In this document: positions 1-11,695 of the stretch, in pieces
Layout: each line of letters starts with the position of its first letter
Numbering within the stretch: position 1 is the stretch's first letter
NCBI GenBank assembly: GCA_951406725.2
Contig: OX597819.1
Coordinates: forward strand, 132,246,001-132,310,000
DNA from: Octopus vulgaris
Lineage: Eukaryota
DNA: 64,000 bases
Direction: 5' to 3'
Program-made: the position numbers and the translations under genes
The notes under the pieces: model-generated
The model's database searches: none
What the model was told of the DNA's origin: nothing
Seen by the model: only the letters and a program-made list of their open reading frames with translations

Positions 1-7
1 TATTATT

Positions 8-45
<38 letters not shown>

Positions 46-46
<1 letters not shown>

Positions 47-347
47 CTATGTTTGACTTTTGCTTTATGTCTGTACAAGTTGGCTCCAAGTCTCACCCAG
101 AGACCTCAAGAAACAACAGGTTGGAAGTTCACGTTGTTGTTATGTCTAGTGTGCCATATATTTGGTTTTTTTTTGGGTGTTGTACTTGTGAATGTCTAAT
201 ACATAGATTAAAAAAAAATTGTTTTAAACCTTAGGATTACATAGAGAGTATTTTGCGTAGGATATGAGCAGTTCCCATGAGCACTATCTTTTGAATTTCT
301 GCCATTTTGGGGTTTCCTGGTATCTGACTTAGGTAGCAATCAGCCCC
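46..347 (-). mobile_element. 3' end of RLE-type (Dong/R4-like) non-LTR retrotransposon, flanked by (TAA)n on both sides
   Basis: Minus strand reads ...YLSQIPGNPKMAEIQKIVLMGTAHILRKILSM*, homologous to the C-terminus of the RLE fragments at 12437-12676 and 18398-18646. (TAT)n arrays lie at 1-45 and 348-415. Confidence 0.85.
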
Positions 348-390
<43 letters not shown>

Positions 391-415
391 TACTATTATT
401 ATTATTATTATTATT

Positions 416-574
416 ACCCAGGTTACTGCTTGGAATCGAACTCGGAATCTTGGAGTTAGTAGCCCGCGCTCTTAACCACTTAGCCACATGCTCGTGGCAA
501 CAAACAAGATGAGGACAAATATCCATCAAATGTAAATAATGTACATAATTCCTCATCTCTTAAATATTGAACTG
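416..574 (-). mobile_element. tRNA-derived SINE-like element with inverted terminal piece (same family as 19505-19765)
   Basis: A-box TGGCTAAGTGG (476-486) and B-box GAGTTCGATTCC (432-443) on -. Positions 498-574 are the family's 3' tail in the opposite orientation. Confidence 0.75.
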
Positions 575-589
575 TAACACCAATAATAA

Positions 590-598
590 CTGCTGCTG

Positions 599-662
<64 letters not shown>

Positions 663-683
663 CACTACTACTACTACTACTAC
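590..683. repeat. (CTG)n/(ACT)n microsatellite
   Basis: Direct reading. Confidence 0.95.
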
Positions 684-942
684 GTGAGGTACAAATGTCG
701 AATTGAATTCATTCGATCTCAGTTATTTTATTGGTTGATGATTTGATGGAGAGAAAAGTGAGGAATTCAGTTTTGGTAGGATTTGAACTTCAGAGGGGAG
801 AACTGAAGAATATACAACGGGGGGGGGGGGTCTCTTCTTCTTCCAACTATGAACCACCTATTTGTGTATGCGCGAGAGAAAGAGAGAAAGGGAGAGAGAG
901 AAAAACTGTGTGTATGACTCTGTGTGTGTATGTATGTGTATG

Positions 943-986
<44 letters not shown>

Positions 987-2273
987 TGCGTGCGTGCTTG
1001 AGTGTCTGTTTAAAAAAATGGTAAGTTCTGAAAATCCGGTTCGTATTCACATAATACCTAGAATATTTTTTTCATTGTGGTTTAAATGAAGATATTGTTG
1101 AGCTAAGAAGAATAAATAGATATTTTTTTTTGTATCCCAGTCACGTTTTTATTCGTCCATTCAAGTCTGTTATAGCATTAACTCCTTCAAGCACCGAGCT
1201 ATATTTTTACTCTTGTTATTATCATTGAAAGAAACGCAAACAGACGTTGATTTTCATATAAAAAAAAAACTTATTACAGCAAAGCAGAGCCAGGAAGATT
1301 TTTTCTGAAATGCACAAACTAAGTGGCTGTTATTTATATATTAAAAAAGAGACTTTACAATCGATTTCCGTATTCGATCTTCATTTAAGCGAGAATGCAT
1401 TTTCTTTATAAAAATACTAATCGATAGTTTTACATCCTTGACCTATTCTTCATTTTCTCGAGGACATTTTAGAATGAGAATTCTTCGTTTTTGTCTGGAT
1501 CTACTTTAAGCATCTTTTAACTGAAAATGTTCGTCTTGCCAAGTTTTTTTTCTCTTCTACATTTTCCTTATTATTCCGCTGCAGCCTATCTCGTTAAACA
1601 GAACCAAATATTTCTTTACTTAGCGATGCCAACCATTTTCAAGTTTTTCACCTATTATTATTATATCTTGATGCCAATCTTAATAAATGTTAAGAAATTT
1701 TCGTATATCTTAACCAAATTTAATAAGAAGGAATTCTAAACAAAATTTTCAAGTTATTGTAAAAACAAAATTCAATTTTCCACTACTTAGAAGCCTATGT
1801 TTTTTTAAAATTCTAAAATCATATCTGGTGATTTTGATTCTTGTGTTTCCAAATGAATTCTAAGACCACATTTCTTCTTTATTTTTCAGATATTAATTCT
1901 TTTTAAAATGATTCGTTTTACCAAATATTTCAGCAGTGTTTTCTCCAAACCTTACACAGCGGCGCTGTTCTTGTGCAAGATGTCACAGCGAACAGCAGTT
2001 TCTTCCTGATTCAATAAAATGGTAATAATCTTTTAGAATTACTTATTTATGAGAAAAGTCGAAACCAAATGTCTTGAAGAGCTTAGGTCCTTCTCCGCTA
2101 AATTCCAGGTTCAAATCATGTTGGGGTCGATATTATTTTCCGTTTATGAAATAAATAAGGGTCATTGATACCCTGGGTCACTTTAAACCCCTGAAACCCT
2201 TCACTTACAGAGTGAATCCCGGAAATTATTGAAACATTGGCCAAATCTTCGTTTTGCATTACTCTCTCTTTTA

Positions 2274-2657
2274 TCTTTTACTTGTTTCAAACTGTGGCCA
2301 TGCTGGGGCACCGCCTTGAGAAATTTGAATCGAGTGGATCGACCTCAAATTTTTTTAAAAGCCTAGTGCTAATCCTATCGGCTTTTTTTGACGAACTGCT
2401 TAGATACGGGGACGTAAATACACCAACACCGGTTGTCAAGCGATGGTGGTGGTGGTGATGGGGGACAAACTCAGATACAAAGACACACATTCACGCATAC
2501 ACACGATAGGCTTCTTTCAGTTTCCATCCGCTAAATCCACTCACAAGGCTTTGGTTTGTCCGAGGCCTTGGTAGAAGACACTTCCTTAAGGTACCATGCT
2601 GTAGACTGAACCCAGAACCATGTGGTTGGGAAGCAAGCGTCTTACCACACAGCCACT
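2274..2657 (-). mobile_element. tRNA-derived SINE, family A (octopus-type SINE)
   Basis: tRNA-like head on - (GTGGCTGTGTGGTAAG...GGTTCAGTC) and 3' tail GGCGGTGCCCCAGCATGGCCACAG...GAAACAAGTAAAAG. Homologous copies at 33095-33270, 46863-47070 and 51663-52012. Confidence 0.85.
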
Positions 2658-3351
2658 TGTGTTACATTTTTAGCAACAATGCTGGTAAATATTCCAGAGT
2701 TTTGTCAATATTCTTTCTTGTTAGACTAGAAAAAGTCTGGCAAGTGAGAGCAATGAACCATGACAAACCCCCGTGTACCCAGGTAATTAACTGATATTCA
2801 AGGTGGAGTATGGCATAAAGAGAACTAAGAAAACACCGGGTTACTAATTTCACTTTATAAGTGACCCTCTTCGTTTTTAATTCACTTTCTGTAGCAGTCG
2901 ACTTTGATTTTCATCTCCGAAGTTGGTAAAATAAGTTCTAGTATGAAGTGGGATCGATTGAACAACAATATTTCTTCTTCTTTATCAATTTGGTTTCGTG
3001 CCAAATACAAGAAATCAATGTTGCAAAAACAGTTGAACAGTTAATGCTTCTAATCTTGAGGTCATCAAACAACGGAAACAGACGACCAAATAATCATTCT
3101 CCATACTTAATTCTCGCCTGGAAATGTTTTCAAAGCTACCCTCCTTCCATGTAGAGTAAAGAGAGTAGCCATTATAATCCTGTACAACATCAGATCCGGC
3201 GAGATAAAATTATTTAGAGTCAGTCGCCAGTTTTTGAATGTCTAACATGGCGGTTTGTAATCGTTACTCGAACAACGCTGTGACTTCATTTCCGGTCTGG
3301 ATGTTGTCAGATTAAAATAACTCTGGACAGACATTGTCACTGTATTGTTAA

Positions 3352-3460
3352 CGGGGACGTAGTTAGAGTAAATGGCGCCCAAGACAAGCATCAAAATTGC
3401 GCCCCTTAAAGTGGCGCCCAGGGAATGTGCCCTGCTTGCCCCACCCTAGCTACGCACCTA
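3352..3460. mobile_element. Degenerate hAT-like MITE
   Basis: Imperfect terminal inverted repeats CGGGGACGTAGTTAG / CTAGCTACGCACCT and internal GGCGCCC motifs. No clear target-site duplication. Confidence 0.5.
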
Positions 3461-4844
3461 TTAATTTGCAGAAAGAGGGGGTGGGGTGGGGGTGAAAGTG
3501 ATGCTATTTGAAAATGAGAAAAGGAGAGAAAAATCCTTATTTTTCCAATCCTGATTCCATTTCAGTCAAATTCTCAGCTGAATTCACTACAATTATCAGT
3601 TTCTTTGATTCATTAACTAAAATGTTATTAACTAATTCTTAATTATACATATCATCGACTTTATCTCGTTAATTGATTGAAGTTCAAGAAAAATAAATCC
3701 ATTGCAAAAAAGTTATTATAAATGTTTGATTAAAAAAAATAATGATTTGAAATGAACCATTTTTAACAGGGAACGGTTTAAATCTATTCCTCGGTCATAC
3801 ATTGGTGGACATTGGGAAATCTGGACACAAGGGAGCAGGAGGAGGAGGAGGAGGAGGAGGAATATAAACAGTTGGACCGACTGCTTTACTGGCAACTGAA
3901 TTTACCGATTCCACTTAGATGTGAAGGCGTGAACTTATAACAACGCGTGACAAAACTAAAGAATAGAAAATAGTTTTATCTGCCTCTCTGCCATTCCGCT
4001 GTCTTAATCGACAAAGAAAGCGAACTGGTGACGTATTTATAAAAATGAATTTCTAAATGTTTATTTCCAAGTTTGTTAATCTCATGCAACTGTGACAAAA
4101 TGTCAATTGTTTGGCTTCCTCAGTCATAGACGTGTATCAAACGACGACTCAAGTAAATGGATAGCCAAAGTATGGCAGCTTTGAAGTGTAACAAAAACAT
4201 AAGCGAACGAATATGTTGTCAAGTAAACGACATTAAAGTAAATGTTTGCAAGAAATGTCAACTGATTTCGTCTGAGTTTTTAGAATCTCAGAATATCAGA
4301 GAGAAAGTGCTGTTGTAAAAGTCGATTATTCAAACTTGGATGTTATGGCTTCAACCATTATGGGGTTATTACGTAAAAGCTAATATTTATCCAAACTCAC
4401 AGAGGTGGTCATTAGCTGTATTGTTTGTGATATTAATTTAATGGAAAACAAATCTTTCTGTCAATGAGGACGTTGATCTATCGCAAGTATTTTCCCCCGT
4501 GGACACAAGTTTAACTTAGTAATGCAAACAAGAAGATCACTCGTCAATTACAGCAATGAATTATATTACTGTATATTACCAACTTAGAAACTGGTAAACT
4601 GGACTATAAAATACATTAGCGTCTTGGCCACAGACGCCGGTTTATCGGACAATGCCGGTTTAACGGACAGAGACCTTCGGCTTCTCGGCTGCTGGTTCGA
4701 TATTTTAACCAATCGGAGATTCATACTTTGATATGTGAAGTGTTGGCTTCGATTCAAAACAAAGAATTGTTAAGTAAACAAAAATACTACCGTACAGTTT
4801 CAGAAATCAAAGTGATCGAGTCGCCTGACATCTAATTTACCGTT

Positions 4845-5370
4845 TTCTTCCAGACATGTGAGCTGTACAAGTTCGTATCTACCTAAAGTTATTGCATGAA
4901 TACATTAAAATACATTCAATTTATGTGCTTCCATATTTCCAAGTTATTCTATGTTTCCAAATGTCTAGTTTTATGTGTGGTTCCATACCTATAAGTTATT
5001 GCATGGTTCCAAAACTAACATGTGGTTTCATATGTGTAATGCCATATTTACGTTCCGATATATTTACTGCGGGCTTCCATATATCAGTTTCATTTATTAT
5101 GCACTTCCATACCTGTAATGATATTTGTGGTTCGGTATATCACTGCTACATTCTTCTATACACATTTCTGGTCCGATATATATATATATATATCATGGTG
5201 CTTCGATACATTAGTTTTATTTATCAGAACTTCCAAACATCTAATGTAAAATCTGATTCTATTTACTGAAGTGCTATGAAATTCTATACATCTAAGTTAT
5301 TTATGGTTCCAAATGTCTACGGCGGGCTTCCATACGTCGAATTTGCTGTACACTTCCAGACATTCACACC
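4845..5370. repeat. Highly degenerate minisatellite with recurring (G/C)TTCCA(T/A)A core
   Basis: The core recurs about every 20-25 bp through the interval. Confidence 0.5.
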
Positions 5371-5465
5371 ATTAATATATGCATGTCTTTGATATTTAGA
5401 CTTGCTCTATTATTCCATATTCATTACACGAAAAACGCTAACCTTGAAGAATAGCATATATATAT

Positions 5466-5515
<50 letters not shown>

Positions 5516-5780
5516 ATGTATATATATATATATTTATATATATACATACATATATATGTGTGTGTACACGCATACACACACTTAAACACACATATACATA
5601 CATATATATGTACATATGTGTAGATATCTCTTACTCTTTTACTTGTTTCTGTCATTTGACAGTGGCCATAACATATTCTTTATATATATATTGATTGATT
5701 GATTGATTGATTCTAGTTTCAACTTATGAGCTGTGGCCATGCTGGGGCACCGCCATTTGGTGTTGCTACTTGGTTTCACT

Positions 5781-8000
5781 TCATGGAGGCTTTCTAGCAA
5801 CTGCTATTTGGTGCATGAGAGAGTTCGATGCAGCTGCCCTCATCTGCCCCTCCTGCCGTGAAGTTGGTTCATCTGGGACACCTGACAGGAAGAGATCCAG
5901 CTTCATTTTAAAGACATCTGTATCCACCCCATGCAGGTCTCTCAGGTTCTTCGGGAGGATATTGAAGAGCTGTGGGCCTCGGAAGCCCAGGCTATCACAG
6001 AATCTTGTCCTACATCTTGATGGCAGGTTTGGAGTCCTAGGCACCACGCAGTGGCGCCCAGTTCTGGCATTTGCGTAACTCTCGATGCCAAAGTTCAGGA
6101 CACTTCCCTCCAGGATCTTCCAGATGTATATTATGGCATATCTTTCCCGCCTACGCTCCAGGGAATATAATTTTAATCTCTTGAGTCTTTCCCAGTAGCT
6201 TACATTCTGCATAGAGGCTATCTTCTTTGTGTAGCTTCGTTGGATCGCCTCAAGTTCTGTGATCAACTTGACACTGGATGGTGACCATAGCTGAGAGCAA
6301 TAGTCAAAGTGGCTTAGGACAAGTGTCTTCCAGAGGACCATCATGGTTTCTTGTTCTCTTGTTCTAAAGGTTCTAAGAATCCATCCAGCCAGCCGTCTAC
6401 ATTTCATTGTCAGTTTAGCAACATGTACATGAAAGGTCGCGTCATCACTCATGTGAATACCCAGGTCACGCACTGATTGTGCCTCTGGGATTGCAATCCC
6501 TCCGGGTCCAGTGTATTCATTGGGTATTGCATTCAGTTTTGCATGCTGATAGTATAAAGCTTGAAACTTTCCAGCATTGAACTGCATGCTATTCTTTTCA
6601 GCCCACTTGTATATTTCGTCCAGCTCACATTGCAGGTGTTTAGTGTCCTCAGGGTTCTGTATTGCCTGTGAGACTTTTGTATCATCTGCATAACTTGTGA
6701 TCGTGGCTCTCTGCGTGGCTGAGGGAATGTCTGAGAGGGCCATTATGAACAGTAGTGGTCCCAGAACAGTGCCCTGCGGAACACCGCTCACTATTTGTGT
6801 GTTAATGGAGGTGGCCCCATTGGCTACTACCACCTGACTTCTATCCTTCAGAAAGTCATGAAGCCATTCTCCCAGTTTTCCAACTATGTTGAGATCACGC
6901 AGTTTGTGACATATCATTCCATGATCGACTTTATCAAAGGCCTTTGCAAAGTCGAGATATATCACTTCCACATTTGAGTGGTTGAGCAGCCGTTTCAGCA
7001 CCCAGTCATAGTGTTGTAGGAGCTGAGTTAAACAGCTTCTCCCTGGTCGGAAACCATGTTGGGTGTCGGGCAGCAAGTCATTCTCTTCAAGGAAGGTGAT
7101 CAGCTTCCTTCTGACTATTCGTTCCATGACCTTGCTGATGTGTGAGGTCAGAGAGATAGGTCTATAGTTCTTGGCTTCCGCTCTGCTACCTCCTTTATGA
7201 ATGGGGCATATTTTACCTTCTTTCAGTTTTCCTGGAAGTTTGCCAGCTGCAAGGAAGCTCTGAAAGAGGAACTGCAGTGGTCTTGCTAGGACTCTCTTAC
7301 ATGCTTTTAGGAGGATTGCCGGGAATCCATCGGGGCCAGTAGCTGAGTCTGTTTTCATTTCATCTATAGCCTTGGTTACATCGTCTTCCTTTATATCGAT
7401 GTAATCTATCGTCGCCGCCTCTGATTTTATATCTGCAGTGGTAAAAAAGTCAGTTGGATTGGTGATTTGGAGATGCCCAAGGGGTGGAGTGAAAACACTC
7501 TTGAATTGCTCATTCAGTATTTCACTTACCCTCATTGGTTTTCCTGTAAGTGTGCCATCCTTTTCAAGGAGTGGCCCTATTCTACAGTGCACTGTAGCTG
7601 TTTCTTTGGCATACCTGTAGAAAGCTCTGGGGTTAGATTTTATGTTTTCTATAGCCCAGGCTTCTTTGTCTGCTCTTTCTTTTTCATGGGAGAGTTGCAG
7701 ACATTTTTCGATTTCCAACAGTTTTATTTTTAGGCGGGACTTTTCACTGCTTTCAATCTGTTTGTTTAGGCGATTTGAAAATTTCGTACGCCGTCTCATT
7801 AAAATTTTCCTCTCTCTGGGGATTTTGTTCTTGTGTACAGTGGCCTTTCTCTCTGGGACACATTTGTAGCATATGGCTTGCATTACAGACATGAATTGTT
7901 GAAGTTTCACGTCGATGTCTGGCGAGGAGAGACATTCAGGCCAGTTTTGTTTGAGGATCTCTTTCTCAATTTGTTTCCAGTTTGCCTTATGGTAGTTCAA
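5781..8000 (-). CDS. LINE ORF2 reverse transcriptase part
   Basis: Motifs GPDG, NYRPISLTS, QHGFR, YLDFAKAFDKVDH, GVPQGTVLGP, YADDTK and C-terminal SLERRRERY. A single frameshift near 8000-8020 separates it from the APE part. Confidence 0.95.
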   Translation of the reverse strand: MNYHKANWKQIEKEILKQNWPECLSSPDIDVKLQQFMSVMQAICYKCVPERKATVHKNKIPRERKILMRRRTKFSNRLNKQIESSEKSRLKIKLLEIEKCLQLSHEKERADKEAWAIENIKSNPRAFYRYAKETATVHCRIGPLLEKDGTLTGKPMRVSEILNEQFKSVFTPPLGHLQITNPTDFFTTADIKSEAATIDYIDIKEDDVTKAIDEMKTDSATGPDGFPAILLKACKRVLARPLQFLFQSFLAAGKLPGKLKEGKICPIHKGGSRAEAKNYRPISLTSHISKVMERIVRRKLITFLEENDLLPDTQHGFRPGRSCLTQLLQHYDWVLKRLLNHSNVEVIYLDFAKAFDKVDHGMICHKLRDLNIVGKLGEWLHDFLKDRSQVVVANGATSINTQIVSGVPQGTVLGPLLFIMALSDIPSATQRATITSYADDTKVSQAIQNPEDTKHLQCELDEIYKWAEKNSMQFNAGKFQALYYQHAKLNAIPNEYTGPGGIAIPEAQSVRDLGIHMSDDATFHVHVAKLTMKCRRLAGWILRTFRTREQETMMVLWKTLVLSHFDYCSQLWSPSSVKLITELEAIQRSYTKKIASMQNVSYWERLKRLKLYSLERRRERYAIIYIWKILEGSVLNFGIESYANARTGRHCVVPRTPNLPSRCRTRFCDSLGFRGPQLFNILPKNLRDLHGVDTDVFKMKLDLFLSGVPDEPTSRQEGQMRAAASNSLMHQIAVARKPP

Positions 8001-8884
8001 GCTGGAAAGATTTTGAGGTTTCTTGTAGGCTGCATGTCCGTGCTCTCTTTTGGCCCGTACATGGTCAGCTCTATCATGTTGTGATCCGAGAGTAGTGTCG
8101 GTGTCACTTTCACATTATGGATGAGATCCATGTCATTTGTGAAGCAGAGATCCAGTGTGTTACCTGCCCTGGTTGGTTGGAGTATTACCTGCTCCATGTA
8201 CAGGGTGTTGATGAGGTTCAGGAGGGACCTCGCCTGTCCTCGTTCACATCTTGTCATTCCTGGGAGAGAAAGGCCCTCGGGCCATCTGACATTGGGCAGA
8301 TTGAAGTCTCCCATAAGAAGCACACCTATGTGTTGTTCTAATGTGGTTAGAATTTCTTCTATTTTTATAAGGCAGTCTTCGAACTTGCCCACATGGCTTG
8401 GGGCATCTGGAGGGCGATATGTAGCACACACAACTACATCAAGTTGCCTAATATGTACAATTAGTGTGTCACACACCGAGTTTGAGTATGACAAGAGGAC
8501 CTGGGGTGTGAGGTCCTCACGGATGTACATAGCAACACCTCCATGACTCCTTTCTTTCCTGTCGGTCCGTAGTACAGCATACTGTGGTATGTGTAACTCC
8601 GCATCTGCTATGTCCGGTTTCAGGTGCGTTTCTGTAAGTGCTATGCATAAGGCTTGATTGCATGCAACAAAGTCTCTCAGGAACGGGATCTTTGTCCTGT
8701 TACTGAGTGTTTGCAGTCCTCTGATGTTCAGTAGGAGTATCGAGGTGAGGTGTACGTTGTTACCGGCGGTGTCCATCCTGTGTCTGTTTGCTGTGGTGGT
8801 CTGGTATATAGTGGGTAGTCCAACCTGCGGGCTTGGGTTTGATGAAGCCAGGTCAGCTGCTGTACAATCTTTTGTGCCATGCAC
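7997..8884 (-). CDS. LINE ORF2 N-terminal part: apurinic-like endonuclease (frameshifted relative to RT)
   Basis: Motifs LNIRGL, ALTETHL, HGGVAMY, YRPP, GDFNLP, LDLCF, SDH. Confidence 0.9.
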   Translation of the reverse strand: MHGTKDCTAADLASSNPSPQVGLPTIYQTTTANRHRMDTAGNNVHLTSILLLNIRGLQTLSNRTKIPFLRDFVACNQALCIALTETHLKPDIADAELHIPQYAVLRTDRKERSHGGVAMYIREDLTPQVLLSYSNSVCDTLIVHIRQLDVVVCATYRPPDAPSHVGKFEDCLIKIEEILTTLEQHIGVLLMGDFNLPNVRWPEGLSLPGMTRCERGQARSLLNLINTLYMEQVILQPTRAGNTLDLCFTNDMDLIHNVKVTPTLLSDHNMIELTMYGPKESTDMQPTRNLKIFPA

Positions 8885-9507
8885 AAAAAAGATTGTTGCT
8901 CAGCAGCTGCTCTTTCGACAACATCATGTTGGCTGTTTGTGGCGCGCACAACATCTGCGTACCTCCGCTTTGGGGCAGGTGGTGCGTAGTCCATCCCTTT
9001 TCTTTGTGTTGATGGTTTGTCCATCTGCCTCGTGTCTCTGTGGCAGGGTCCCCGATGTGCAAAGCGGCAGCCTGCACCTTCCTTTCCGTGCCAGCAGGAA
9101 CCTCTCAGGTAGAACATACACACCCGTGTGCGCTGTTTGGTTCCATCCTTTGCGGTTCCACTTCTACTCCTGGTTGTTTCACTCTTTGGTCCTGCTTGAG
9201 CTTTTTCTTTTCCTTTAGCTCTTCCAGTCCTTCTTTTAGTTCTTCTTCCTCCCTCTACCTCTTCACCGGGTTCTCCGTCTCCATGGCCCTTGCTGCCGGT
9301 TGGAGAACTTGCACCTGGGTTCACTTCCCGGGCAGGTTTCTCATTCAAAACCTCCTCCTGGGCGTCCACCAGGTGGGGGTGACTTCTTTCATCGTCTCCA
9401 TTCTTGCCATCTTTGCCCCGCTCGTTCTCAAAGATGGCATCAAGTGCGCCAATGTGCGACCGTACAAGCGCATATGAGCGCACGAATTCCTGTCTCTTTC
9501 GCTCCAT
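8728..9507 (-). CDS. LINE ORF1 with CCCH zinc finger
   Basis: First plausible ATG at 9507 (MERKRQEF...). Motif CMFYLRGSCWHGKEGAGCRFAH (C-x7-C-x8-C-x3-H) is preceded by a basic region. The upstream YI repeat in the ORF track is (TA)n readthrough. Confidence 0.75.
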   Translation of the reverse strand: MERKRQEFVRSYALVRSHIGALDAIFENERGKDGKNGDDERSHPHLVDAQEEVLNEKPAREVNPGASSPTGSKGHGDGEPGEEVEGGRRTKRRTGRAKGKEKAQAGPKSETTRSRSGTAKDGTKQRTRVCMFYLRGSCWHGKEGAGCRFAHRGPCHRDTRQMDKPSTQRKGMDYAPPAPKRRYADVVRATNSQHDVVERAAAEQQSFLCMAQKIVQQLTWLHQTQARRLDYPLYTRPPQQTDTGWTPPVTTYTSPRYSY

Positions 9508-9568
9508 CTGAGCCGCTGTCCTCTTGTAGCCTCTGCTCTTCAGCGCAGCCGCAATCACCTCGCTAGGG

Positions 9569-9666
<98 letters not shown>

Positions 9667-10179
9667 CTGTGTGTGTGTGTGTGTGCATATAACTCTCTTA
9701 CCTTCGTCACGTTAATCAGCTTATTTAGCAAAAACTTCCTTTGACTTGTTTCACGCGATAAATATGAAACGGTATTCGCTTTAATTATTATTTTTATATA
9801 TCTAAACATCAAAATGTTTTAAATAACTGGTGTGTTAGCAGTGCTTTGTTTCATTGTCGTAAAGCATTGTAGACCATATTTACTGATTTATTTGTTTACT
9901 TTGAGAGATGCCATTGTGAATAATAATAAACTCCTCTATCCAACCAGAATAACTGCCCCCACCACGCCTTTCTCTCAACACACACCTTACAAGCACATGT
10001 TAACCTCCTATCCTTCCATACACAACCACTTTCTCTGTCTACCTACAATAACAGATAACTCTCATTTAGATTACTACAAATACTAAAAGAATAACAATAA
10101 ACCACAGTCTGACGACGGCGTGTTAACCGAGACTTCCAAGTTCCCGTTAATATTTTCCTCGTATGTATATATGTATGTA

Positions 10180-10555
10180 TACAGAGTGTTCGGGATAAAT
10201 TTGACGATATTGTATGTCTTTGTTTTTTCAGGAACAGTTTGATAAAAGTTAGCTGACATGGAGGACTGAAAGCCAACTGAATATTGCAAAAAGATTACCT
10301 GCCACATGACGATTGGCGCCGGGTGTCAACATGCCACCGACATCATGACTTGCTCAATGCTCTGGAAACATTGTAGAAACTGTAAGATGTGGCAGCAGGA
10401 ATCAGCTCTTTGCCATACCTGTGGAAAGAGTCAGAAGTGGTTGTCGGAGAATTTCTACAACTTCAACAGACCCAGTTTCTGACCCCCTAATTCCCTAGAT
10501 TGCAATCCCATGGATTACTGTGTGGGTCATATTTGAGAAAGAAACCAACCAGTAG
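10180..10555 (+). pseudogene. Tc1/mariner (maT/DD37D-like) transposon remnant
   Basis: From 10390 it reads WQQESALCHTCGKSQKWLSENFYNFNRPSF*PPNSLDCNPMDYCV, a decayed WQQD.A..H and WPPNSPD.NP.D catalytic region. TA+CAGAGTGTT is a putative left end at about 10180. Confidence 0.75.
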
Positions 10556-10719
10556 CCGCGGAAAAAATAGATAAATAGTTACCTGGGTAGCAAAAAATCA
10601 CACAAGTAAAAAGGTTGTAACTCCTTGATTTTAAAGGTAGAAACTTCGGGTTTACGTGAAATATTTTGTATAATATATATAAATAAATAAATGGAGTTAA
10701 ACGCAGGTGTTATTCAAAT

Positions 10720-10796
10720 TCTTTTACATGTTTCACGGGTATTATTTCAAAGGAATAAAATGGTGTAAAACAATGTAATCTTCTCTTCAGGGAAAT
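10720..10796 (-). ncRNA. Degenerate minimal hammerhead ribozyme motif (Penelope-type)
   Basis: On -: CTGAAGA, long stem II region, GAAA-CATG-TA with palindromic stem III ACATGT. Stem I pairs poorly. Confidence 0.4.
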
Positions 10797-11581
10797 GAAG
10801 AAAAGAAACTCGTCAATAAGACATTTTAACAGAAAATGATGGATATGTAAAGTGATTAACTGAACGCTATTAATATTGTTTCAAAAAATGTTAGAGGATA
10901 TAACGTCAAAGGTAGCGTATAGAAAGAGGAGAGGTAGGAGGAAAGAAAAGAAAAAAACCCAAATAAATGAGAAGTATATAACGATATGTAAATTAAATAA
11001 AACCCTATAGTCTTGGAAAAAGATATATCTAGTGAAAGTGAAATGTAAGAAGAAAATCAATGTTTAAATTATATATAATGATAGATATCACGTATATGAA
11101 CTAAAGGTGTGTTTCTGCCAATGTTTACATCGGTATGTACGCTCTATAACCGTGTATAGAAGGGGATTTTTAGAAAAAAGAATAAAAAATAGTACAGAAT
11201 TACAGAGAAGACATTAAGTGAAGCTAAAATACTATAATTTAATCTACATCCATTAAATTATTTATTTATGAATTTAATAAACATCTCAGTTGAATCTTAT
11301 TCTAATTATGTAGTATATACTAAAAAAGTAACTTATATACATAATACTACTACAAGAATTAAAAATAGGAAAATGGTTCGAATATATACACACAAATTAG
11401 TTAAAATTGTTATATAATTAATTCAATTTATGTATAGATTTAATATTTCACTCATTTATAGTATTAACCAAAGTTTCTATTATTATTAACAATATTTACT
11501 ACCTATTCGATAAGATTTTGTCCTACAAAACTTTTTCTCAATGTAAATTATAGGTAATACGTTAAGATTATAGTTCACAAG

Positions 11582-11636
<55 letters not shown>

Positions 11637-11637
11637 C

Positions 11638-11694
<57 letters not shown>

Positions 11695-11695
<1 letters not shown>

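Larger units (their letters stand above)
5691..9570 (-). mobile_element. Apparently full-length CR1/Jockey-group APE-RT LINE inserted in (TA)n
   Basis: ORF1, APE and RT ORFs, a short 3' UTR and an (ATCA)n tail (5691-5711). (TA)n lies directly on both sides (5680-5690 and 9571-9667). Confidence 0.93.

Noticed and set aside
421-497. Possible tRNA gene
   Set aside because: A and B boxes are present, but the acceptor stem is not convincing and the sequence is part of a repeated element, so it is called a SINE head.
8728-9654. 308-aa ORF1 starting at 9654, as given in the ORF track
   Set aside because: The N-terminus is (TA)n flank read in frame. The element starts at about 9570 and the first internal ATG is at 9507.
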